Below are positions 49,704-59,965 of a stretch of 64,000 bases of DNA, piece by piece. The DNA is from Nemertoderma westbladi (Eukaryota; Animalia; Xenacoelomorpha), in NCBI GenBank assembly GCA_032718475.1, contig JAUCBJ010009083.1, positions 110,353-174,352 of the forward strand, given 5' to 3'. The position numbers were made by a program, and so were the translations under genes. The stretch's first letter is position 1, and each line of letters opens with the position of its first letter. The notes below the pieces were generated by a model that was not told the origin of the DNA, made no database searches, and saw only the letters and a list, made by a program, of their open reading frames with translations.

Positions 49704-50768
49704 CTAGTCGACTCCAGTGGTCGGGACCTCCCTGGAGGGTTCCCTTAGCAACCATCGCCTAAGAGAATCCACCAACACTCCCCCCAACAATATTTGAGTT
49801 GGGTGGTAAATGAGCAAAGGAATTGACAGCAAAGACAATTCCGGCAAACCGTGGTAGATAATTCCCAACATCGGAACTCCAAGAGTCAAGGACTTGTGTG
49901 TGGAACAGAATAGAACCGCTATAATGTCAGAACGGGAGAAGGACAGTAAACCCGATATATAGGACTTATTGCACGCGTAGAAGGCTATTAACATAAAACC
50001 GAGTTGTAAACAAATAATAAGAAGGCACATAGATAGCAAATCGAGATGAGTGATATCGATCTCCGTGGCAAACGTTTGGCAAAAAGTTGTGAAGATAATT
50101 AAGTGCAACATGAGTCTACCGATTACCGATAGGGCCACTCGTTGTTGGTCTATTCGCTCGCGAAAAAATACCCTCAGCAACTGGCCGACTGCAACGGGTA
50201 ACACGACGGTGAGGGACAACTGCACCATAACGCTGATCACCGGTACAGGTGCCGAGGATCCTACGAACACGAGTAATAGAGTAGGAGTTACGAAGATCCC
50301 CAGGAAACTTCCGAGAGCCGAGTTGAATATCGCGGCGGCTTCATTTCCACCGGTGGCTTTGGTTAGAATAACGGCGCTGGACACGGGGGGCGGCATACAC
50401 CCGACAACCTGTAGGCCCTGCAGCAATCCGGGGTGTAAGTAATGGGTCGCGGATAGAACTCGCACAACGCACCAAACGCACGCCGGGAAGAACGCGAGTG
50501 TAAACGCTTGGATAAAAACGTGGAGTTTAACGTTGAGGAAGGCGGCCGTTAATTCGTCACTCTTTAGCGACATTCCGCTGTTTAGGAATATCGTAAAAAC
50601 TGCGATATATTTCACGGTATACTCGGGGCGCAACGGGCCCTCTTTCACGCCGATGTGAGGGAAGAGTTTCGCCAACGATATGACGGTAATAATCCCTACT
50701 AGAAACCATTCCTGCCGTATTGTATCCAATAGCTTCCTCAACTTTATACCGATATATGCCAAAACCAT
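49704..50768 (-). CDS. SLC10A7: Sodium/bile acid cotransporter 7 (SLC10A7-like), intronless, 354 aa
   Basis: First ATG at 50768. Motifs: WFLVGI, GPLRPEYTVKYIAV, HVFIQAFTLAFFP, GCMPPPVSSAVILTKATGGNEAAAIFNSALGSFLGIFVTP, FCSTHKSLTLGVPML, PLLIYHPTQILLG. Confidence 0.95.
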   Translation of the reverse strand: MVLAYIGIKLRKLLDTIRQEWFLVGIITVISLAKLFPHIGVKEGPLRPEYTVKYIAVFTIFLNSGMSLKSDELTAAFLNVKLHVFIQAFTLAFFPACVWCVVRVLSATHYLHPGLLQGLQVVGCMPPPVSSAVILTKATGGNEAAAIFNSALGSFLGIFVTPTLLLVFVGSSAPVPVISVMVQLSLTVVLPVAVGQLLRVFFRERIDQQRVALSVIGRLMLHLIIFTTFCQTFATEIDITHLDLLSMCLLIICLQLGFMLIAFYACNKSYISGLLSFSRSDIIAVLFCSTHKSLTLGVPMLGIIYHGLPELSLLSIPLLIYHPTQILLGGVLVDSLRRWLLREPSREVPTTGVD

Positions 50769-51776
50769 TGTTTTTATTTTTTGTACGTCGGTCGGTATGC
50801 CTGTGGCTGTGGCGTGGCTGTATGTACCGGTAGCACAATAGGGTGCGTTCCTGTCAGACTGCAAGACAACCTGACAACAAAGAGACCCAATTGTCTTAGC
50901 CTCAGCCAATGTCCAATCAGACTGCAGACAAAGTGTTTCAGGACCCTTCACTTATTCGGCTGAACTCTCAGACTGTGTACAGTACTTGTCAGCTTGTATT
51001 AATACCTGAATACAGTACACAGTAACCTGATTACCAGACGGTCTGCCTAGCTGTACCGTAGGCCTATAACAGGGACTATTACTATACTGTGGCTTGTCAG
51101 CTTGTGTGATAGTGGATAGGCCTAGGCTATTTGGTTTGTTTTATGGTTAGGCTGTTAGGGTTAGTTGGAATGACCTCAACCACCGTGTAAACCTGTAGTC
51201 GTGTAAACAACCCTAAGTCATAAGCTAATCTAATCTAACGAATTTAAATTTGAAAGTATTTCCATTTACAGATCTAGGCCTAATAACAGAATAACAAGCA
51301 GACAAGGTTTGTACTATTCTACTGGCTGACTTGTAATTGTAAGTACAACGTATCGGTCAGGTACCAAAATGTTCAGATGTCCGTATACCGGTAGCCTGGT
51401 AGCTAGCGGTACCGTACCGTACTTCATATTGATGAGACCCTACGATATACTGATATAGTGACAAATAATGTGAGTTCATATGGAATTGACGGCAACCTTA
51501 CTACCTGACAATTCATAATATATTATGGCGAAATACAAAATAAACATAATTACGGTTACTGGTATAAGCTAATAACTGCCTAATCATATACCAGTATACC
51601 GGTAATCTGTCAGTCTGTAATCAAGTACCCGTACCGTACCGGTAATGTGTAATGCAATGCCGGCATCTCACAATAAGCAGGTGTTGTTTGTTCTGCAGTT
51701 TGAATTTCCCTCCACGAATACGAGAACACCTTATGTCTGTATATAAATTGGCGTTATATTCTAATATTAAATTATA

Positions 51777-53170
51777 AGTGTGGCTAAGTCACACGAATAG
51801 TTCCCAAAAGGCACTTTGGCATTTTTGCATTTTTTCCAGGTACCTAACAGCCTAAATAATTGCAACCAGCGTAAATGCCAAAATGCCAGAGTGCTTTTGG
51901 GGAACTGTAGTATAAATCCTTAAGAGTTACTTTGGCATACTGGCATTTAATTGTAAATCATTATTAGCTAGATTAGTGATGATATTACTACATTATACAG
52001 TACGCTTAAGTGTCTGAGTGTGCATAGCATAGTAAGCATAGTTTAGTTCCCCATCTCGGTAGGTGTACGATTAAATTAAATTAAAGCATACTACCTAGTA
52101 TTAGCTTTGATTGAACATGCTTAAATATGAAATGAATTACTGCGTACACCGCGCAATTGTAGGTCATACCTATTTAATGTAAATCTTTTATAAAAAAGTT
52201 TTTATAAAACGTTCCAGATTATAATTTGAAACTGTCAATACGGTATTACATTTGTATTATATACAATAATATTGCCGCTCCATTCAATTAAATTATGTTT
52301 ATTCCTTTATATTATGTCACGTGAACGTGAAGTAAACAAAATTGCACCCTAACACCACGTATGAGTAATTTCAATGAAATGAAATGTAATATAGGTAGAT
52401 TTTGAGAGTCAGGATCAGGGAAGGGAAACGGAAAGGCAGGTTAGCTAATTAGCAGAGCTGGAAGACGCTAGTGCTATCCACCGTATTCCGCATGATGTGG
52501 GGGAGGCATTAATCAGACAGAGACTCAGTCAATGAGACAGGGGGGGGGGGGGGGGGGGGGGACTGAACGCAAATCCCATCTTGGCGAATTAATATCCCGC
52601 CTCAATGTTAAATTCTCAATTTATAGGGAAAGGAGCAGGAGCAGGTTACAGTGGCACGTTATTCTAACCAAAACAATAAACTAAACACAATAGAACAGGT
52701 TACAGTTTTATCAGCTGTTAAGTCTTTTATCAGCTGAGTAATCAGCTGTTATTCACATCGAATTTCCCCTGGAGAGGGATTAATTTGTATTGCGTCGAAA
52801 GTCCCCCCTATCTGCAGTAAATACTGCGAGTGAATATATTAATACTATGTTGAACTACAATAACTAAGTAATACTTTATCAATTAAATATTATTGTATGT
52901 TATGTATGTTATGGAGTACATTATAGGTTCTACACACAGTAAAGTGTTCTTAAGGATAAAGTTCTTTAGGCCTACCCGGATCTCAGCGAATAATGAATTT
53001 CAACTAAGTGCCAGAATGCCAAAGTGCCTTTAGGGAACTCTTAAGGATTTATACTACAGTTCCCCAAAAGCACTCTGGCATTTACGCTGGTTGCAATTAT
53101 TTAGGTACCTGGAAAATGACAAAATGCCAAAGTGCCTTTTGGGAACTATTCGTGTGACTTAGCCACACAT
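51777..53170. mobile_element. Mutator-like non-autonomous element with ~170-bp TIRs
   Basis: GTGTGGCTAAGTCACACGAATAGTTCCCAAAAGGCACTTTGGC... at 51778-51950 is inverted at about 53005-53168. Flanking direct repeat TTAAATTATA (51767-51776 and 53171-53180). Confidence 0.85.
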
Positions 53171-54112
53171 TTAAATTATACGCATTTAATCTGGGACGAC
53201 AATATCTGCTTACCCTCAAGAGCAAACAAATGTTAATTACCTCGACCCAAAATTTATGTTTTATTAACATAAAATTTGTTTAATTATTTGAAAATCGCAC
53301 TTTTGGAATGGAGCTTTGCTTCCAGTGACGCTGGTGGCAAAGTAGTTGTGCAGGGATACAAGTTGGACAGAGTCACACACTTCGCAAGCTGCTGTAATCT
53401 ATTCCTCCAAACTTACAGGAATACTACCTTCTGATGTGATTCCTTTCTTTATCAAACACCACATTTCTTAACTTCATAATTTCATCACTTCGGCAATGAC
53501 GTCCAGATGGGATCGAACTGGTAAAACTCCAGATTGTAAGTCAGATGTTAACCATTCCGGTATCGCCTCAGGTAAATGTAGACCTAGAAATACTACTGTA
53601 CAGTACCTGATAACTTGTATGTCCGCAATTTGCGTCCTCATGACCTCCCATTTGTCAATTCCATTATCTGCTGCCACTGTGCTCACTGCTCAATGCCACT
53701 GTGCTCACTGCTCAATGCCATTGTACTCAAACGTCTTTTCTTGACCACGCTCTGACCATTTTTCGTGGTACAGTAGCTGTTTCTCAAATTTTCTATTAAT
53801 ATTCGTAAGCCTACTGAATGGATGACTTTGTTGAGACGCCTCTTAAAGAACGCTGGCCTTGAAGATGCGCGTATAATCTCGCGAAAGAAAGTTGAGATGT
53901 GACGGCGCAATTTTGCCGATAAGCCGGCTAACTGCATTGATGTAGTACTGCATTTCTAGTGGCAATTTTTATGTATAATGGAATCTAGGCTGTCTGTCTG
54001 CTATTGTCCGTCCAATTACAATAAATCACACCGCCTAGCTAAAATTTCAGTTTTGGGGTTTTTTACTGGGTCAGAGATTTCATTTAGGGTAATTTTTTTG
54101 TGTTTAGCGGAA

Positions 54113-54230
54113 TCTAGACTTTGTGTCTGTCTGTCTGTTTATCTAGACTTTGTGTCTGTCTGTCTGTTTATCTAGACTTTGTGTCTGTCTGTCTGTTTAT
54201 CTAGACTTTGTGTCTGTCTGTCTGTTTATC
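54113..54230. repeat. 29-bp tandem repeat, 4 copies
   Basis: (TCTAGACTTTGTGTCTGTCTGTCTGTTTA)n. Confidence 0.9.
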
Positions 54231-55235
54231 CATCAGTTTGAAATTTTGTTATAGAACGAAAAGTGCAAGTAGTGTATAAAAAACAGTCAAGACATGGTCA
54301 GATTTTTTAAAAATGTTACCATCTGAATCACCTACCTCAAAAACCTCACAAGAATGAAAATTACGTAATTAGACAAATCGATTTTTGAAATATTGTTATG
54401 GTACGAAAAGTGAAAGTAGTGAAAAAGCCCAATATCTCGTAAACGAAAACTGATATTGCAAAACCGCGCAAATATTTGAAATCCAAATACAATTTCGGTC
54501 TTAATGAAACAATAAAAAAACTATTTTTTTTCACCAAATTCGACTACCTCCCCCTCCCTTTAATTCGATACATGTTGTTATTGCATATTAATGCATTCCA
54601 TATACTGTAATATAGGCCTGTTACTCGTTTCGTTCCGATGAAATAAACGTGCGATACGGCATAGCGAGATAATACAGCTTGTTCAAAAAAATGAATACTT
54701 TCTAATTGTAGGGCTACATGAGTTTCATGTAATTCGACGTTTTTTTGTACTACTGTACAGTACTGTAATATTGTTTGTTATATGTTATAAAATTAGTAAT
54801 ATATTTATTTTACTATTAGTACTAAAATAAAATAGATACTGTATTAAGCAATTCTTGTGGTTGCAATAAGTGTGTAAAGTAGTCCTAAACAACTTAACCA
54901 CTTATGCATGGAATATGGCCGGGAAATCCGACAAGTAACAAAATTGCTATAACGTTTATAAGAAGCATCTATAGCACAGTATGACCTTCTTATACTGTAC
55001 ATTAGATATATATATATCTCCGGAGCACGTTATGGAGTCCAATAACATTATTACTTGCGCGGTCAAACTATTCTGCGAAAAGACACAAATCATAGACTAC
55101 TGTTGCCAAAACTATTTACTACCTTTTTTTTGTACTACCGTTTATTATATATAAAATTAAATTTTTTTACTACAGTTTTTCATGAATTGTAACCCTTCTA
55201 TTAAAGTAGGCCTACTGAAATTATTATTATTATTC

Positions 55236-55800
55236 CGGTGGTGAATCGGCCAATTTCCTTTTGTAGTATTTTTCATTAACTTTTTTATCATTTTTAATTC
55301 ACTACCTTTTTTATCATTTTCATAGTTTCATTACCTTTTTTAAATCAGTACCGGTAGCTATCTGACTGCGACTGTACAGTATTGTTGTTTCAGTTCAGTA
55401 GCACTACCTTGAGATGATTCGAAATGACTACCGGTAATCAGTTTGTGTCTGGCGAGGTAAAACGTTATGTCTCTCTTGGTTACACTTATAAACAAATACT
55501 AGTCTACTTATTCCAACAACATCATGATGTTCTGGTTTCTCAGAGAACTGTGCGACGATATTTACAAGAAATGGGTTTTCAAAAGAAATGAAGTAAAAAT
55601 GATAAAAAAGGTAATGAATGACTTACACAGTCCAGCAGTCAGACAGTAGGTTAGGCCTTGATATGCACCCTACCGGTACCGGTATAAAAAAGGAAATTAA
55701 AGTAAAAATGATAAAAAAAGGTAATGAAACTATGGAAATGATAAAAAAGATAACGAAGAATGCTACTGTACAAAAGGAAATTGGCCGATTCTCACCACCG
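55236..55800. mobile_element. MITE with imperfect ~100-bp TIRs (Tc1/mariner-like ends)
   Basis: CGGTGGTGAATCGGCCAATTTCCTTTTGTA... versus ...ACAAAAGGAAATTGGCCGATTCTCACCACCG|TA. Confidence 0.75.
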
Positions 55801-56280
55801 TAGATCTAAGTTTAGACTTTTGTCTTTTGATTTGGTAATATGATCTTCAGAAAAAAACAAACCATGTGTAACATCTGTAGTACCTCGTCCATCGACGGTT
55901 TATTTTTCTTCAGGTGTAGGGCCTACGGTACTGTATCGAAACCGTTAGTTCTACCGTAACACTCTACTAAAACATTAAATAATAAATACATTCTATCAGT
56001 TTTGTGCTGTATTCTGTATGCAAGTAATCCTGTATCTACTCATCTAGGCTTACTTAGAATCAAATAATTAAGTAACAATTAATTGCTATTAATAATAATT
56101 AACAAAACTAAATAAATAATACAGTACTGTAATAAGGACTTTCTTAAAAAAAAATAAAAAAAGTAATTTTGCGGCTATCCTTTTAAAGGACAATAAATAG
56201 GACAATTAATACTGAGTTTGTCAAGAACTACAGGTAGTAAGTAATCCACAACTCATCATCCCCATTCAAATTCTAAAAGC

Positions 56281-59046
56281 TTATATTAAAAGTTTGCGAA
56301 ATTGACTCCGGGATATAATGGGAGAAAACCCGTGAATTTTACAGACTTTGCAGTCACAACGCAGGCGGTTTACCGAGATTATAGAGTGAGTTTGCGACGG
56401 GACCACATGGGTCTGACGTCTGTTAGTCGATGGAGTGGATGGAGTCGATCTGCAAACCCGTTCATTCGGGACACTAATTAACATCGGTGTCGTTAAGTCG
56501 CTTGGCGTGTACCCGGTTACCGTTGTTATAGGGACTGCTTGACCAACGGAATTTGTCGCACAACGTAAGTTGTTGAATCCCTTTGCTCGATGACCTTTAT
56601 ATAAATTAGCAAACACGTAAATATTCCTTAGAATCTGTTCCCAAGAGGCGACGTTTCTCCTTTGTGACTGAACCAAAGACATTATCACAAATTCAAAACA
56701 GCTAACAAGTAACCCGAGAACTATTCCGCCAACCAAAATGTAGAAAACGCCCTTGACTTCGTCGAATGGCAGCGCCGCATCACCGTCATCGAGTTCTCCT
56801 TCGTTCTCGCATGTCGACCTATTTGTCCACCACTTCTCTCGCATGTGCTTCACCATGCCCGTAGCAACGAGGTTGAGGACGGCCAGATTGACGGGGTTGG
56901 ACAGTTTGGAGTTGATTCGTGTCGCGATCCCATAACTGTTGTGGTTGAGCGGGGTCCCAACCATAACTGTGTTACACCCGTCTTGCGTGTTATCATATTC
57001 GTTCATCGTTTTCTCGAGTAAAAATGCGAATTGTTTAGCTCCGCGAGGCTTAGGTTTTCTCACTTTATTTATGCCCTCTTGCGTGGTCTTTGTGAATGTA
57101 CCTCGGTGCTTCATGTAACTCCACATGGCTTGGAATGTAGGATCATCTGAATTGCGAAAGAAACTTTTTGATGCTCCACTGTCGATGATCCCATATTCGT
57201 ATTCGCCGCGGGCTGTTTTTTGTACGAGATCCTTGGCGTCGGCAATGGGAGTTTTCATTCTCTGACTCGTCAAAAAAGCCGCGAGATTCGCGGTGTATGA
57301 ACTGACGATTATGAGACAGAAGAACCACCATGCCCCGCCTGCGACACGTGCCGGTGCCGACCTCGGGATTCGTTCAACCCCCTGGTGCATAAACGATGCC
57401 ACAGTGAACCACAAACTTGTAGACATTGAAAACCGACGACTAACACCCCTAACACTTACATCTGTTACAGGGCACATTTGGGAGACGATGACCAACACTA
57501 CAGAGACGCTCACCACTGCCAACACAATGCACAACCAGATTTCGTATTGGAGTGGAGACCAGCAGGCCCACCATTTCTTAGCACCTGATTCTTTGTTCTT
57601 CTGAATCATAATGGTGATACCGGCGTCATCAATGAAAGGTTTAGAGAAGTCAACAACGCTCTGCCGCTCTGCTGTAACTGTCAGGGGAGCCACCGCCATA
57701 TCCGCCTCTCCCATAATCAACTCCCCAATCATGCCACTCCATTTTCCGGTATCGTCCATCGCTCCATACGTGTTGTCCCTCACCTGATGGATCCTGATTT
57801 TCTTTCCGATTGCCTCTCCGATTTTCTCGGCCAATTCCACGCAAAAACCGATAAAGTCATTGTGGACTATATCTTCCACTGGAATGTTCGAATCAACAGA
57901 CATGGCGAACGGAGGATAAAGGAACGTGACAACATCGATGACATCGTCATTCAACTTTCGATTAAGCAGTGGAGCCTCTATCAGCCCTCCATTGTGGCTC
58001 CATTTGTAAGAAATAGTTTGCGAGGACCCATGGTTATATACCAACACAATATAACGAACGTTGCCAAAAGACGTATTAAATAATTCCCACACCGATTCAT
58101 TAAATTTGGTAAAATTGCAATTCAATTTTGGCGAATTAACTCTATAAATATTACCATCATGTGCGGAAAACTTGCGGATAATTTCTAAGATATTTTGAAT
58201 AATATCAAAGGTTATTTTTGAAATCGGGTTGAAATTGTTTTGTATTTGGCCCGAGTTACGGAAAGCTTCTACTGATAAACACGTAACGTTGGAAGTTCCT
58301 TTCATCTTAAAAGATTGACAATCCGTTCGCAGGTCTCCAATAATGTAATGAAAATCCGCAGTGAGCATATGGTGGGCACCCGCAACCTCAATATACCGCT
58401 TAAGATTCTCAGGTGATAGGAATAAGACAATTTGCCTCACATTGGTATCGCGGAATAGTATTGGATACAATTTGATTGAGCGTAACGGTCTCAATATTAC
58501 TTCGAAGTTCTTTGAGAATATTGATGGATTTGATGCGTTTCTAGATATGGTAGATGAGTTACCCGATATGTAGGATAAATTGGCAGCTAATTTCATTGTT
58601 GCCATAGAGTCGTAAACCACGGCAACGCGTTCCCAATTCCACAGAATAAACAGGTCGTTAATCACCAAATTGAAATAAGTTTGAAACTGAAAGCAAAATG
58701 TATAGTTTGTGTTTGGTGGCAGTATAGTATTCGGCAGTATCACATTTGGTATCTTAAAAGTATTCGCAAATGTTTGAACTATATCCATGACAACAGGATG
58801 CGTAGTTAGTGTGCAAACTGCTACGACATCCTGATTGGCCCAGTCGCACAGACGTTCTCTCAAGGCCAACACGTAGCCATAGCTACTGGTATCTACGGTG
58901 TAGGAAACGTTTGTCTTGATCGCAGATTTAAATGCAGCCGAAATGTAATCGTCGTCAACAGAATTCAAAATAAACCCGACGTTAATATTGTTTGATTCTG
59001 GAAATATCGTGATGATCAGCGTTACTACAAAAGGCACAAAATTCAT
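56281..59046 (-). CDS. Ionotropic glutamate receptor, AMPA-type, intronless, 921 aa
   Basis: Signal peptide and divergent ATD. S1: GFCVELAE, WSGMIGEL, APLTVTAERQSVVDFSKPF. M2: SLWFTVASFMHQG. M3: SSYTANLAAFLT. S2: YGIIDSGASKSFF, FLLEKTMNEY, YGIAT..VNLAVLNL. M4: GVFYILVGG. Confidence 0.95.
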   Translation of the reverse strand: MNFVPFVVTLIITIFPESNNINVGFILNSVDDDYISAAFKSAIKTNVSYTVDTSSYGYVLALRERLCDWANQDVVAVCTLTTHPVVMDIVQTFANTFKIPNVILPNTILPPNTNYTFCFQFQTYFNLVINDLFILWNWERVAVVYDSMATMKLAANLSYISGNSSTISRNASNPSIFSKNFEVILRPLRSIKLYPILFRDTNVRQIVLFLSPENLKRYIEVAGAHHMLTADFHYIIGDLRTDCQSFKMKGTSNVTCLSVEAFRNSGQIQNNFNPISKITFDIIQNILEIIRKFSAHDGNIYRVNSPKLNCNFTKFNESVWELFNTSFGNVRYIVLVYNHGSSQTISYKWSHNGGLIEAPLLNRKLNDDVIDVVTFLYPPFAMSVDSNIPVEDIVHNDFIGFCVELAEKIGEAIGKKIRIHQVRDNTYGAMDDTGKWSGMIGELIMGEADMAVAPLTVTAERQSVVDFSKPFIDDAGITIMIQKNKESGAKKWWACWSPLQYEIWLCIVLAVVSVSVVLVIVSQMCPVTDVSVRGVSRRFSMSTSLWFTVASFMHQGVERIPRSAPARVAGGAWWFFCLIIVSSYTANLAAFLTSQRMKTPIADAKDLVQKTARGEYEYGIIDSGASKSFFRNSDDPTFQAMWSYMKHRGTFTKTTQEGINKVRKPKPRGAKQFAFLLEKTMNEYDNTQDGCNTVMVGTPLNHNSYGIATRINSKLSNPVNLAVLNLVATGMVKHMREKWWTNRSTCENEGELDDGDAALPFDEVKGVFYILVGGIVLGLLVSCFEFVIMSLVQSQRRNVASWEQILRNIYVFANLYKGHRAKGFNNLRCATNSVGQAVPITTVTGYTPSDLTTPMLISVPNERVCRSTPSTPSTNRRQTHVVPSQTHSIISVNRLRCDCKVCKIHGFSPIISRSQFRKLLI

Positions 59047-59714
59047 TATATTACAATTCGTTCATCCGTTTTACATAATGATATAAATGATATCTGCAGC
59101 CACTAATATTCCAACTTATCTATTAAATGTACAAAAAACTCGACTAAGCATGATAAACAGGCGATGTCATATATAATGGACAACAGTACGGTAGAGAGCA
59201 AGATGTAACTGAATCCACACCATAAATGCATTCAATGCGCGCATCTCAAGTTCCTTTGGGTTCTGTTTATGGATCTCTCAGGTATAAACTAATTTCGGCG
59301 TAAAGGAAAACTTAAAAGGCGAAGGTTTTATTATATTATTAAGAATTATATAAATTGCTATGAACTATCTACTAAAATGAATTAATATTACCCTTATTTT
59401 TAGCGGTGCTAAATATATAATTTAGAATATAATGTCTAAATATTGACGGTAAAAACGTTATATTTCTGAGAGTTTATTAGCGCAATCTTTATAGCTATGT
59501 ACAGTATTACTTACACGTACGGGGGATTCTTCACTCGATCAATATGTTAATATGTATCCCTCTCCCTCTCGTATGTTTTGGTTTGAATAACGTGTGATTG
59601 CAACTTGTTCCTTCCCCTTATATTAGGCCTATTAAGCCCTAATTGATAATTTAATATTGAAACGATATATTAATTCGCTTGATTAGGTTCGTTTGTATTT
59701 GCGTCAACCCCCCT

Positions 59715-59965
59715 TTAAAAGTAAAAAAAAGTGAATTTTCTTCGGCCATTAGGCCAGGGATTACGGACAAACTCTGACGACTTATTTTCCAGTGAGGTCC
59801 CCCCAGAACTATACTCCCCAGAGGAAACTCCAGTACTCATTTAACGCCCTAGCTGGTCCCTTCAAAGCATTGGTACCGAAACGGAAACTGCCCTGGCCAA
59901 TGCGAGGATCGAACTCACGACCTACAAGAGATGTGAATTCACTGCAACCACTACACCTAGGTGGA
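59715..59965 (-). mobile_element. tRNA-derived SINE copy
   Basis: The minus strand has A-box-like TAGGTGTAGTGG, then AGGTCGTGAGTTCGATCCTCGCATTGGCCAG (B box in a tRNA-like 3' half), a GC-rich body and a simple-repeat tail. No complete cloverleaf. Confidence 0.6.

Noticed and set aside
50769-50951. N-terminal extension of SLC10A7 given by the ORF track (also 2005-2052 and 41457-41495 for other genes)
   Set aside because: These start at non-ATG codons; eukaryotic ATG starts are at 50768, 2053 and 41456.
53300-53940. Coding-like stretch with short ORFs on both strands
   Set aside because: Possibly a decayed transposon gene, but no motif I can recognise.
59890-59962. Possible tRNA gene
   Set aside because: A- and B-box-like motifs are present but no coherent acceptor or anticodon stems; it continues into a SINE-like body.
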